The position numbers were made by a program, and so were the translations under genes. Positions 34,968 to 45,062 of a stretch of DNA of 64,000 nt are shown here, piece after piece. The notes beneath the pieces were generated by a model. That model was not told where the DNA came from and made no database searches. It saw only the letters and a list, made by a program, of their open reading frames with translations. Each line of letters starts with the position of its first letter. Within the stretch, counting starts at the first letter, position 1. Origin of the DNA: Nitrospirota bacterium (lineage in GTDB: Bacteria > Nitrospirota > Nitrospiria > Nitrospirales > NS-4); the NCBI GenBank assembly GCA_004298335.1, contig SCTG01000102.1, forward strand, positions 21,413 to 85,412, in the 5' to 3' direction.

Positions 34968-35521
34968 ATTTCGGTGATCTCCGCCTCCTTCTTTTTGACG
35001 ATCTCATCCACTTTCAGGATGTACGTATCGGTCAGTTTCTGGATTTCGTCATGGGACTTCTTGGCCTCGTCCTCGGTCAGGTGCGAGGCCTTCTGGGCCT
35101 TCTTGATTTCCTCGAGCACGTCCCGCCTGATGTTGCGGATGTGGACCCGGACTTCCTCGGCGATCTTCTTGGCCAGCTTCACCAGGTCCTTGCGGCGGTC
35201 TTCGGTCAGCGCCGGGATCGGCAGGCGGATCAGCTTGCCGTCGTTGGCGGGAGTCAGACCGAGGTCGGATGCCAGGATGGCCTTTTCGATGTCCTTGATG
35301 ATCTGGGGATCGAACGGCTGGACGGTGAGGAGCCGGCTCTCGGGCACCGCGAGCGTGGCGACCTGCTTGAGCGGCGTGGGCGTGCCGTAATAATCCACCT
35401 TGACGTGGTCCAGCAGCCCCAACGAGGCCCGTCCCGTGCGGATGACGGCCATCTCGTGGCGCAGGTGCTCGAGCTGGCCGTCCATTTTGTCCGTGGCTTT
35501 TTTCTTGAGCGCGGCTTGCAT
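34964..35521 (-). CDS. frr: ribosome recycling factor
   Basis: 185 aa. IRTGRASLGLLD...V.YYG..TPL.Q.A is the canonical RRF sequence. Confidence 0.95.
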   Translation of the reverse strand: MQAALKKKATDKMDGQLEHLRHEMAVIRTGRASLGLLDHVKVDYYGTPTPLKQVATLAVPESRLLTVQPFDPQIIKDIEKAILASDLGLTPANDGKLIRLPIPALTEDRRKDLVKLAKKIAEEVRVHIRNIRRDVLEEIKKAQKASHLTEDEAKKSHDEIQKLTDTYILKVDEIVKKKEAEITEI

Positions 35522-35537
35522 GGCGTCCCCCTGGAAG

Positions 35538-36911
<1,374 letters not shown>

Positions 36912-37679
36912 TTAGACTCCGGCCCCGGCGGCCTGCACGGTCCGCATCTCGGCCGGCGTCAGCGCCCCGGGCTTCTCGTCCTCGGCGCGCTGGGCGCGCA
37001 GGTGCAGGCCCTCGATCACGGCGTCGGCGATTTTGGAAGTGATCATCCTGACGGAGCGGATCGCGTCGTCGTTTCCGGGAATGAGATATTCAATGCCGTC
37101 CGGGTCGCAATTCGTGTCGACGATGGCGACGATGGGAATGCCCAGCCGGTGCGCCTCCAGGATGGCGATGCGCTCCCCCCGCGTGTCGGCCACGTAAATG
37201 CAGCCGGGGAGGCCGTTCATGCCCTTGATGCCACCCAGGTTCTCTTCGAGGCGCTGGCGCTCCTTCTCCAGCCCGGCGACTTCCTTCTTGGGAAGGCGCT
37301 CGTAGGTGCCGTCGGTTGACGCGGCCTCGATCTTGCGCAATTTATCGATGCTCTTGCGGATGGTGTTGAAGTTCGTCAGCATCCCGCCCAGCCAGCGCGA
37401 CGAGACGGAAAACATCTGGCACCGCTTCGCCTCTTCTTCGACGATGTCGCTGCTCTGCCGCTTGGTGCCGACAAACAGGACGGACTCTCCCTGGGCGACG
37501 GTTTGCCGTACGAAGTCGTAGGCGGAGTCGAAGCGGGCGAGGGTTTGTTGCAGGTCGATGATGTAAATGCCGTTTCGCTCTCCGAAGATATAGCGCTTCA
37601 TCTTCGGGTTCCATCGATTGGTCTGGTGGCCGAAGTGCACACCGGCCTCCAGCAGGTCCTTGATCGTGATCGCTCCCAT
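36912..37679 (-). CDS. rpsB: 30S ribosomal protein S2
   Basis: [19 protein letters not shown] is the canonical S2 N-terminus. Confidence 0.95.
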   Translation of the reverse strand: MGAITIKDLLEAGVHFGHQTNRWNPKMKRYIFGERNGIYIIDLQQTLARFDSAYDFVRQTVAQGESVLFVGTKRQSSDIVEEEAKRCQMFSVSSRWLGGMLTNFNTIRKSIDKLRKIEAASTDGTYERLPKKEVAGLEKERQRLEENLGGIKGMNGLPGCIYVADTRGERIAILEAHRLGIPIVAIVDTNCDPDGIEYLIPGNDDAIRSVRMITSKIADAVIEGLHLRAQRAEDEKPGALTPAEMRTVQAAGAGV

Positions 37680-37870
37680 AAAACCGTCACCCCCTTTCCT
37701 TTGCCGGCGCGACCCGCGTCCGTCTTGACGACGGGGCGGGAGGATTCCTCAGGTCCTTAGTGCGTCGACCTCTCGTCCGCAACGGCGAACGTGCAGAGAT
37801 TGTGAATGATTCCAGCCGCTTCCGAACGGCGGCCAGTCCTGCCGGCATGACGACCGGCTCAAACCTTTAA

Positions 37871-37900
37871 AAATTAACACGTTACCGGTTGATTGTACAA
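37871..37900 (-). promoter_or_regulatory. candidate rpsB promoter TTGTAC-18 nt-(TGt)TAATTT, extended -10
   Basis: Read on the minus strand in the only AT-rich patch of the argJ-rpsB gap. Implies a ~185-nt leader. Confidence 0.4.
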
Positions 37901-37916
37901 GCGAAAAGATTGTCCG

Positions 37917-39122
37917 TCACGACCGGTAGGAGGCGTTGATTTTAATGTAGTCAGGCGCGAGGTCCGTGGTCCAGACCGTGGCTTCGGCGTCGCCCGATCC
38001 GAGAGCGACCGTCACGCTGAATTCACGGGCTTTCATGACGGCGTTCGCCTGCGCCTCCGCATCGGAGCCGAGTCCCATCCCGCGGCGGACGATCTGAACA
38101 GGGCCGACCATGATGGCGATGCGGCCTTCGGCAATTCTGGCTCCGGACCGTCCCAGCGCCGCCATGATGCGGCCCCAGTTGGCGTCTTCTCCGAACCAGG
38201 CGGTTTTCACCAAGCTCGACGTGGCGATGGTGACGGCCGCGCGAAGGGCGTCGGCTTGGGTCCGGGCGCCTTTCACGCGCAGTTCCACGAATTTGGTGGC
38301 CCCCTCGCCGTCCCACGCGATCTTTTTGGCCAGGTCGAGGCAGACATGGTCCAGGAGCGACTGGAATCGGCGCGCGTCGGCGCTGCCCGGCTTGAGCGGC
38401 CGGTTGCCGGCCATCCCGTTGGCCAGGCACAGCACCATGTCGTTCGTGCTAGTGTCGCCGTCCACCGGGATGCGGTTGAACGACTGCTCCGTGGCCTGCC
38501 GGAGTCCTCGCTGCAGCATCGCGCGCGGGACCTGCGCGTCGGTGGCCAGGTAGGCGAGCATGGTGGCCATGTTCGGATGGATCATGCCGGACCCCTTGGC
38601 GATCCCGCCCACCGTGACCGTGCGTCCTCCGATCGTGTCGGAGACGGCGGCGGTCTTGACGGTGGTATCGGTCGTCATGATGGCGCGTGCGGCGTCCTCT
38701 CCTCCGTCATGATGGAGGCGGGCGGCGAGCAACGGGATGGCCGCTTCGAGTTTCTCCATGGGGAGGGGTTTCCCGATCACGCCGGTCGAACCGACATAGA
38801 CGTCTTTGGGGGGGATGCCCAGGGCGCTGGCCGTCAGTGCCGCCATGGCGACGGCGTCCTTGTAACCGCCGCGGCCGGTGCAGGCATTGGCGTTTCCGCT
38901 GTTGACGATGATGGCCCGGCCTTTCCCCCGGCGCAGCCGCTGGCGGTCCAGGAGGAGTGGAGGGGCCACGACCGCATTGGTGGTGAAAACCCCTGCCACC
39001 GTCGCGTCCCGCTCGGACACGATCAGGGCCAGGTCAGGCGAGTCGCCTTTTTTGATGCCGGCGGCCATCCCGGCGGCCAGGATCCCGGTCACGGCCGTGA
39101 TGCCTCCTGTGACGACTTTCAT
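37917..39122 (-). CDS. argJ: bifunctional ornithine acetyltransferase / N-acetylglutamate synthase
   Basis: GGITAV.G..AAG...GIKK, MATMLAYLATDA autoprocessing-site region and C-terminal INASYRS. Start at internal ATG 39122. Confidence 0.9.
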   Translation of the reverse strand: MKVVTGGITAVTGILAAGMAAGIKKGDSPDLALIVSERDATVAGVFTTNAVVAPPLLLDRQRLRRGKGRAIIVNSGNANACTGRGGYKDAVAMAALTASALGIPPKDVYVGSTGVIGKPLPMEKLEAAIPLLAARLHHDGGEDAARAIMTTDTTVKTAAVSDTIGGRTVTVGGIAKGSGMIHPNMATMLAYLATDAQVPRAMLQRGLRQATEQSFNRIPVDGDTSTNDMVLCLANGMAGNRPLKPGSADARRFQSLLDHVCLDLAKKIAWDGEGATKFVELRVKGARTQADALRAAVTIATSSLVKTAWFGEDANWGRIMAALGRSGARIAEGRIAIMVGPVQIVRRGMGLGSDAEAQANAVMKAREFSVTVALGSGDAEATVWTTDLAPDYIKINASYRS

Positions 39123-39160
39123 TTTGTTGCCCCGGTCATGTCTGTGAATCGATTGCCTGG

Positions 39161-40177
39161 TCAGGGATAGAGGCCGGAATCCTGCAGGCCGAGCGTTTCG
39201 TCCCATCCTTGCATCAGGTTGAACGCCTGCACCGCCTGGCCGGCCGCTCCCTTCACCAGGTTATCGAGGGCGGCCATGAGAATGGCCGTCCCTGTCCGGG
39301 GATCGGCGAAGGCCGCCACGTCGCAGAAGTTCGCCCCGCGCGTATGGCTGGGATTCGGAGACTGTCCCGGGTTCAGCACGCGGACAAAGGGTTCTCCTTT
39401 GTAGAACTCTCTGTACAGGACGGCCAGTTGCTCCGACGTGCGGGCTTGCTTGAGCCGCACGTAGGCCGTGCTGAGGATGCCCCGGGTCATGGGCACGAGG
39501 TGAGGCGTGAACGTCACCGTCGCGCCGAGCTCCTGCTCGATCTCCGGGATGTGCCGGTGCGCCCCCAGTTTATAGGCTTCCATGGATTCGTTGGCCTCGG
39601 GAAAATGATAAGCGGGGGCCGGTGTCCGTCCGGCGCCGGAGATGCCCGATTTCGCGTCAATGATGATGTGATCGCCCAGTAACCGGTGCTTGGCCAACGG
39701 CGCCAGCGAGAGGAGCGCGGCGGTCGGATAACATCCCGGCGAGGCGATCAGCGACGCCGACCGGATCGCGTCCCGGTGCAGTTCAGGCAGTCCGTACACG
39801 GCGGTCTTCAGGAGATCCGGACAGGGATGGGGCGCCTGGTACCAGGTCTCGTAGTTCTTCGCATTTTTCAGGCGGAAGTCGGCGCTCAGGTCGATGACTT
39901 TCCGCCCGGCCTTGAGAAACGCCTGCGCAGGCCCGGCCGATTTTGTGTGGGGGAGGGCCAGGAAGATGACCTCGGCCCTGGCGGCCACCTGTTGCGGGTC
40001 CAGGGATTCACACAGCAGGTCCGGCCCCCTCAGGTTGGGGAAGAGGGATTGGACCGGTTTTCCGGAAGACTGTTCCGACGTCACGACGGTGACCTGGGTT
40101 TTGGGATGGCACAACAGCAGGCGCAGGAGTTCCCCCCCGACGTAGCCGCTCGCACCGACCACTGCAACCGATGTCAT
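39161..40177 (-). CDS. argC: N-acetyl-gamma-glutamyl-phosphate reductase
   Basis: VAVVGASGYVGGELLRLL and active-site SPGCYPTA. Confidence 0.9.
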   Translation of the reverse strand: MTSVAVVGASGYVGGELLRLLLCHPKTQVTVVTSEQSSGKPVQSLFPNLRGPDLLCESLDPQQVAARAEVIFLALPHTKSAGPAQAFLKAGRKVIDLSADFRLKNAKNYETWYQAPHPCPDLLKTAVYGLPELHRDAIRSASLIASPGCYPTAALLSLAPLAKHRLLGDHIIIDAKSGISGAGRTPAPAYHFPEANESMEAYKLGAHRHIPEIEQELGATVTFTPHLVPMTRGILSTAYVRLKQARTSEQLAVLYREFYKGEPFVRVLNPGQSPNPSHTRGANFCDVAAFADPRTGTAILMAALDNLVKGAAGQAVQAFNLMQGWDETLGLQDSGLYP

Positions 40178-40188
40178 CGACAGACTCC

Positions 40189-40221
40189 AATAAAAAAGGG
40201 AAGGCCGAGGGGCCTTCCCTT
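40189..40221 (-). terminator. rho-independent terminator after rpsI
   Basis: Minus strand reads AAGGGAAGGCC-cctc-GGCCTTCCCTT followed by TTTTTATT. Confidence 0.7.
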
Positions 40222-40242
40222 CGAAAAGGGTGACAGCCCCGT

Positions 40243-40638
<396 letters not shown>

Positions 40639-40663
40639 GTGCGCGAAGTCTCCTATTTAGAAC

Positions 40664-41095
40664 TCACAGCGCCAGTGCTTCGGGCTGCTGGGCCTGATGG
40701 GGATGCGTCGGTCCGACATAGACGTTCAGTTTCCGTCCCATTTGTTTGCCGAGCGTGGTCTTGGGCAACATCCCTTTGATGGCCCGTTCGACGATCACGG
40801 ACGGCTTGCGCGCCAGCAGATCCTTCACGGTCTCCGATTTCAAGCCTCCCGGGTAGCCTGAATGCCGGTAATAGGTCTTCTGTCTGACCTTGTCTCCGGT
40901 CAGGTGAATCTTCTCGGCGTTCACGACGATCACGTGGTCGCCCGTATCCACGTGAGGAGTGAAAATCGGCTTGTGCTTGCCCCGCAGGACGATGGCCACT
41001 TGTGTGGCCAGGCGGCCCAGGGTCTTGCCGTCGGCGTCGACGACGTACCACTTTCGCTTGATGTCCGCTTCTTTTGCGGAATGGGTCCTTGTCAT
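40664..41095 (-). CDS. rplM: 50S ribosomal protein L13
   Basis: KWYVVDA.GK.LGRLA...A..LRGKHKP.FTPH.D.GD.V.V.NA is canonical L13. Confidence 0.95.
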   Translation of the reverse strand: MTRTHSAKEADIKRKWYVVDADGKTLGRLATQVAIVLRGKHKPIFTPHVDTGDHVIVVNAEKIHLTGDKVRQKTYYRHSGYPGGLKSETVKDLLARKPSVIVERAIKGMLPKTTLGKQMGRKLNVYVGPTHPHQAQQPEALAL

Positions 41096-41113
41096 GATGC
41101 GCTGCTCCTCGTG

Positions 41114-41584
41114 CTAGACTGTGCCGCCGAACTCTTTTGACCCCAGCATCTTCAGCCACGGATCGACGTTTTCAGGCGCCAGGCGGTCCAACACGTCCTG
41201 CGCCACGTAGATCGGGCTGCTGGTCCGCACGGCCAGGGCGATGGCGTCGCTCGGCCTGGAGTCCACGGTCAACTCGGACTGCTTGCTGTTCAGGTAAATC
41301 GAGGCATAGTACGTGTTGTTCTTGACGTCCGTCACGACGACCTTCGAGATTTTCAGGCCCAACTGCTCGGTCAGGTTCCGGATCAGGTCGTGACTGAGCG
41401 GCCGTGGAGGAATGACGCCTTCCATGGCCAACCGGATGGCCGTGCCCTCCGCAACCCCCACCCAGATCGGGAGGGTGTTGGCCTTGCTCTCATCCTGCAG
41501 GATCACGACCTGGCTGTCCGAATTGGGGATCGCGTCAGGCATGACTCCTTGCACCGTTAATTTTACCAAGCCGCTCTCCATCAT
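41114..41584 (-). CDS. bifunctional nuclease family protein (DUF151/BFN), paralog A
   Basis: LPIWVG..EG.AI..A.EG...PRPL.HDL......LG.....V.V.D....TYYA......S.......D.RPSDAIALA.R matches the DUF151 pattern. Confidence 0.75.
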   Translation of the reverse strand: MMESGLVKLTVQGVMPDAIPNSDSQVVILQDESKANTLPIWVGVAEGTAIRLAMEGVIPPRPLSHDLIRNLTEQLGLKISKVVVTDVKNNTYYASIYLNSKQSELTVDSRPSDAIALAVRTSSPIYVAQDVLDRLAPENVDPWLKMLGSKEFGGTV

Positions 41585-41638
41585 CGAATCAATTGAAGCT
41601 GATCGCGGAAGCTGTTGCCGAGAGGGACGGAAGACCCG

Positions 41639-42094
41639 TCACGCGTCGAACTTGCCGAAGTCCTCGGGCTTGAGATTCTCCAGCCAGCGGTCCATCTCTT
41701 CGTTGCTGTGCTTGCGGATGACATCGTCGTTCACGAAAATAGGGGTCTTGGCCCGCAATGCCAGCGCAATCGCATCGCTCGGTCTGGCGTCGATCGAGTA
41801 CTCGGAATCTTCATAGAGGAGGTGGACTCTCGCATAATAGGTGTTTTCTTTGAGGTCGGTGACCACCACGCTGATGACCTTGGCGTCCGCGGTATCCAGC
41901 ACGGTTTTCATGAGATCATGGGTCATCGGCCTGGGAGTCGTGATTCCTTCCATGGCAAAACTGATGGCGCTGGCTTCAGGCTTGCCCACCCAAATGGGAA
42001 GCATCTCGGTGTTGCTGTCGTCCCGCAGAATGATGATGTAGGCATTGGTATAGGGGTCAAACATCAACCCCCGGACGTGCATCTGGGTCAGCAT
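41639..42094 (-). CDS. bifunctional nuclease family protein (DUF151/BFN), paralog B
   Basis: Same motif series (MLPIWVG, PRPMTHDL, TYYARV, DARPSDAIALALR). Aligns colinearly with paralog A. Confidence 0.75.
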   Translation of the reverse strand: MLTQMHVRGLMFDPYTNAYIIILRDDSNTEMLPIWVGKPEASAISFAMEGITTPRPMTHDLMKTVLDTADAKVISVVVTDLKENTYYARVHLLYEDSEYSIDARPSDAIALALRAKTPIFVNDDVIRKHSNEEMDRWLENLKPEDFGKFDA

Positions 42095-42213
42095 GCAACA
42101 CCTAAAAACTGTTCTTTACCTACCACTTTCGCCTCGTCGTTGTCAAACTGAGCGTTGCGAACCGCCGGTTTTTCTCGAGGGGTATGCGGCGACGTCCTTC
42201 CGGCCACGAGTCG

Positions 42214-42465
42214 TTACTGCGCTGGCTGTTCCGGCTTCGGCAATTTCAGGAAGCCGAGCATCTGCTCTCTGACGAGCGCACGGCCGCTTTCCTCGCCGAG
42301 GTTCACGCGGTATTCATTAATGACCATCACGCGCATCTTGACCCACTCGGCCCAGCAGGGCGCGCAGACGCCGGCTTTCACCTGAAGTTCAAGCTTGCCC
42401 AGATACAACGGTTCGGTGATTGCTTCACCCTGATTGCCACAACGGACGCATTGGACCTGTGCCAT
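42214..42465 (-). CDS. yggX: YggX-family Fe(2+)-trafficking / oxidative-damage protection protein
   Basis: 83 aa. V.C.......G.....Y.G.LG..V...VC..CW.EW......VINEYR.NL pattern resembles YggX. Confidence 0.6.
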   Translation of the reverse strand: MAQVQCVRCGNQGEAITEPLYLGKLELQVKAGVCAPCWAEWVKMRVMVINEYRVNLGEESGRALVREQMLGFLKLPKPEQPAQ

Positions 42466-42549
42466 AACGGGAGTCTCCTTTTTTCTCTTCCTGGCGGGCG
42501 GATTCTAGCATAGCCATGCTTCTGAAAGGAAACGCCGCGGCCACCCGCC

Positions 42550-42578
42550 TTGACGGGTCTCGGGTGTCGTGCTAGAAA
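42550..42578 (+). promoter_or_regulatory. candidate tRNA-Leu promoter TTGACG-17 nt-TAGAAA
   Basis: The -10 ends 19 nt upstream of the mature tRNA 5' end. The -10 matches 4 of 6. Confidence 0.4.
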
Positions 42579-42597
42579 CGCGGGACCAGCCGTGCCT

Positions 42598-42683
42598 GCC
42601 CGGGTGGCGAAATGGCAGACGCAGCGGACTCAAAATCCGCCGGTGGCGACACCATGGGAGTTCGACCCTCCCCCCGGGCACCA
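42598..42683 (+). tRNA. tRNA-Leu (anticodon CAA), CCA encoded
   Basis: Hand-folded cloverleaf. Acceptor GCCCGGG/CCCGGGC, D stem GCG/CGC, anticodon stem GCGGA/TCCGC with loop CTCAAAA. Long variable arm (GGTG-gcga-CACC) and T arm GGGAG-TTCGACC-CTCCC. Discriminator A plus CCA, 86 nt total. Confidence 0.85.
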
Positions 42684-42825
42684 TTCCGGCGACTGAGCAG
42701 TATACTCGTTGCTCTTTGTGGCCGTTGCGAATGGGTGAAACGATCACAAGTGCCGGATATTCAATACCTCAAGAACTCTTCGCTGGCCGCGAAAAATCCT
42801 TGAATTTTTCTGCCTTATTACCCTC

Positions 42826-42854
42826 TTGACAGAGGGTAAGGCCTGCGCTATAGT
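42826..42854 (+). promoter_or_regulatory. near-consensus sigma70 promoter TTGACA-17 nt-TATAGT
   Basis: TTGACA 42826-42831 and TATAGT 42849-42854, about 100 nt upstream of the 42961 ATG. Confidence 0.6.
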
Positions 42855-42960
42855 GCCGCCACCTTTCGCCTGAATAAAGAGTGATGTCTCAGGAGAAAGT
42901 GGCGGCGTACAGGCGCCGTCGGTCATCATACATAAATCTCCTGGGGGGAGGTGAATCATT

Positions 42961-43524
42961 ATGAACAGGTTCTTAGCAGTCGGTGCAATTGCCCTTTTCT
43001 CCATAATGGTCGCAGGAACGGCGATGGCGCAAGAGCGGCCGGTGTTGCAGGATGGTTTCCAGGGGACCGGCGCAGCCGGCGGTGTGGATAACGCGTACAT
43101 GCTTCAGTTGCTCTCGAAGCCTGAAACGATCTATGGGCGTCTCTGGGGCAAGGATATGGCGGCGGGCAAGATCTATGTCGAGACCGGTGGTGGCGCTCTC
43201 GTCACGATCAAGCTGGGCCCGGAGACTAACGTGGAAAGCTTCAAGGCCCTCGGAGTCGGCAACGACGTGGAGGTTCAGGCCAAGCGCAATTACCGGAGAC
43301 TGGGAGCGGGCGCCTTTGCCGCGGACATTCCCGATGGCGATCCGATCGCGCTCTCGGCCACCGTGCTCCGCGCGGCCGATAATCCGACCAACCTTGTCCC
43401 GCAAGCCGGCTATAACCCGGACACGGATCGTGCGATTTTCAGCAAGGATTCGTCCACGATGGGCGGCGAAGGCGGAAAGTGCTTCCAGTGTTATGAGGGC
43501 GCAGCCTCGGACTACGGCAAGTAA
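42961..43524 (+). CDS. secreted hypothetical protein
   Basis: Clear signal peptide MNRFLAVGAIALFSIMVAGTAMA-QE, RBS GGGGGAGG, Gly-rich, and C-terminal CFQC. No family recognised. Confidence 0.55.
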   Translation: MNRFLAVGAIALFSIMVAGTAMAQERPVLQDGFQGTGAAGGVDNAYMLQLLSKPETIYGRLWGKDMAAGKIYVETGGGALVTIKLGPETNVESFKALGVGNDVEVQAKRNYRRLGAGAFAADIPDGDPIALSATVLRAADNPTNLVPQAGYNPDTDRAIFSKDSSTMGGEGGKCFQCYEGAASDYGK

Positions 43525-43582
43525 GAACGATTCGAAGTCACTCGGTGTGGCGACGCGCGTACACACCGGATGAGGGGTAGGT

Positions 43583-44344
43583 TCAAATCGGGCGGTGGCC
43601 TTCCGGCCACCGCCCGATTTCTTTTTCAGAGGTTTCCTCTCGATCCAGCCGCTTTCGTTTCGGAGCCCCTTCGACCACGAGCGTGATCTCGCCCTTCGGC
43701 GGATGGCTTTGAACGTGCGCCAACAACTCGTCCAGCGTTCCGCGGTGAAACTCCTCGAACCGCTTGGTCAGTTCACGTCCCAGCACGGCCCGGCGATTGC
43801 CGAGAATGGACCGCAGGGACGCCAGGAGCTTTCCGATGCGGTGGGGGCTCTCGAACAGGATCAACGAGGCGGAATCCTCCCGAAGGCTCTCGAGGCGCTT
43901 CGAGCGGGGGCCGTCCTTGCGCGGCAAAAATCCCTCAAACCGGAAGGCATCGGTCGGCAGACCTGAGGCCACCAGCGCCGCCAGGACGGCTGACGGGCCC
44001 GGAATGGGCACGACCCGGATGCCCGCTTCGATTGACCGCGTGATCAAAAAGTAGCCGGGGTCGGAGATGACCGGAGTGCCTGCGTCGGACACGAGCGCGA
44101 CGTCGGTGCCCGAGCGGAGCCGTTCGAGCAGGACGGCCGTCTTGTCTTCTTTGTTGAAGTCGTGGTAGCTGGTCAATGGAGTGGCCACGCCGAAGTGCGT
44201 GCAGAGCTGCTTTGTGTGGCGGGTGTCTTCGGCGGCGATGATGCCGACTTCCTTCAGGACACGCACCGCGCGCATGGTGATGTCCTCCAGGTTTCCAATC
44301 GGGGTGCTGACGATATACAGCGTGCCGGCTTGGGGATGATCCAT
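43583..44344 (-). CDS. rsmI: 16S rRNA (cytidine1402-2'-O)-methyltransferase
   Basis: GTLYIVSTPIGNLEDIT.RA...L......IAAEDTR.T..L is the canonical RsmI N-terminus. Confidence 0.9.
   Translation of the reverse strand: MDHPQAGTLYIVSTPIGNLEDITMRAVRVLKEVGIIAAEDTRHTKQLCTHFGVATPLTSYHDFNKEDKTAVLLERLRSGTDVALVSDAGTPVISDPGYFLITRSIEAGIRVVPIPGPSAVLAALVASGLPTDAFRFEGFLPRKDGPRSKRLESLREDSASLILFESPHRIGKLLASLRSILGNRRAVLGRELTKRFEEFHRGTLDELLAHVQSHPPKGEITLVVEGAPKRKRLDREETSEKEIGRWPEGHRPI
43585..43627 (+). terminator. rho-independent terminator (overlaps the 3' end of convergent rsmI)
   Basis: 16-bp perfect stem AAATCGGGCGGTGGCC-ttcc-GGCCACCGCCCGATTT followed by TTTCTTTTTC. Confidence 0.75.
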
Positions 44345-44445
44345 GAGGGCATCCTAGCGGAATTGCCGCTCGGCATCAAAGTCCCGGGCGGCCGCCGCGA
44401 CTTTTTCATGCCAGGCTGATGTGCTAAGATGCCGCGCGGATCGCG

Positions 44446-44949
44446 ATGGAATATTCATTCTGCCCGAAATGCGGTGCGGCGCTGGCGTATCGTTCGGTCA
44501 AAGCGGGCGAGCCCGACCGCCTGGTTTGCCGGGGCTGCGGCTTCATTTTCTACCTCGACCCCAAGGTTGCGGTCGGGACCATCATCTCGACCGACGAGGG
44601 CATTGTGCTGCTCAGGCGGAGCATCGAGCCGGCCTATGGAAAGTGGGTGTTTCCGGGCGGACTTGTGGATCGGGGCGAGCGTGCCGAGGAAGCGGCGATT
44701 CGGGAGACGCGGGAAGAGGCCTGTCTCGACGTCCGTCTGACCGGGCTGTTGAACGTCTATTCCTATGCCGAGAATCCTGTCATTATCATCGTGTACACCG
44801 CCGAGGTGATCGGCGGCCGGCTCGCGGCCGGCGACGAGACGCTAGAGGCGCGCTGCTACCCGTCGTCGGCGATCCCCTGGCCGGAACTGGCCTTTCCGAG
44901 CACGACGGAAGCGTTGCGGGATTTTCTTAAAACCCCGCTGAAAAGGTAA
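44446..44949 (+). CDS. NUDIX hydrolase with N-terminal zinc ribbon
   Basis: CPKCG...CRGCG ribbon, then the Nudix box GGLVDRGERAEEAAIRETREEACL. Confidence 0.85.
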   Translation: MEYSFCPKCGAALAYRSVKAGEPDRLVCRGCGFIFYLDPKVAVGTIISTDEGIVLLRRSIEPAYGKWVFPGGLVDRGERAEEAAIRETREEACLDVRLTGLLNVYSYAENPVIIIVYTAEVIGGRLAAGDETLEARCYPSSAIPWPELAFPSTTEALRDFLKTPLKR

Positions 44950-44967
44950 GCAAACAGCAGGGTTTGC

Positions 44968-44997
44968 TTGACTCCCCCCGGACCCCATCTCTATAAT
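44968..44997 (+). promoter_or_regulatory. sigma70-like promoter TTGACT-18 nt-TATAAT ahead of the heme block
   Basis: TTGACT 44968-44973 and a perfect TATAAT at 44992-44997. Confidence 0.55.
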
Positions 44998-45062
44998 GCC
45001 GGAGGGGGAAGCGTATCCTCTTAGAATAAAATTCCCTCGAAATTCAGCGGACTTGTGGCGAT

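Noticed and set aside
42855-42907. Hairpin GCCGCCAC(C)TTT...AAAGTGGCGGC in the leader of the 42961 gene as a possible riboswitch.
   Set aside because: The predicted transcription start (about 7 nt after the -10 at 42854) falls inside the 5' arm, so the stem may not be fully transcribed. No known riboswitch core motif was recognised.
42684-42960. Genomic island or integrative element at the tRNA-Leu 3' side.
   Set aside because: No integrase, excisionase or repeat of the tRNA 3' end was found within the window. Only one small cargo-like gene follows before conserved rsmI.
43477-43494. CFQCY near the C-terminus of the secreted 187-aa protein as a haem c attachment site.
   Set aside because: The motif is CxxCY, not CxxCH, so there is no axial His.
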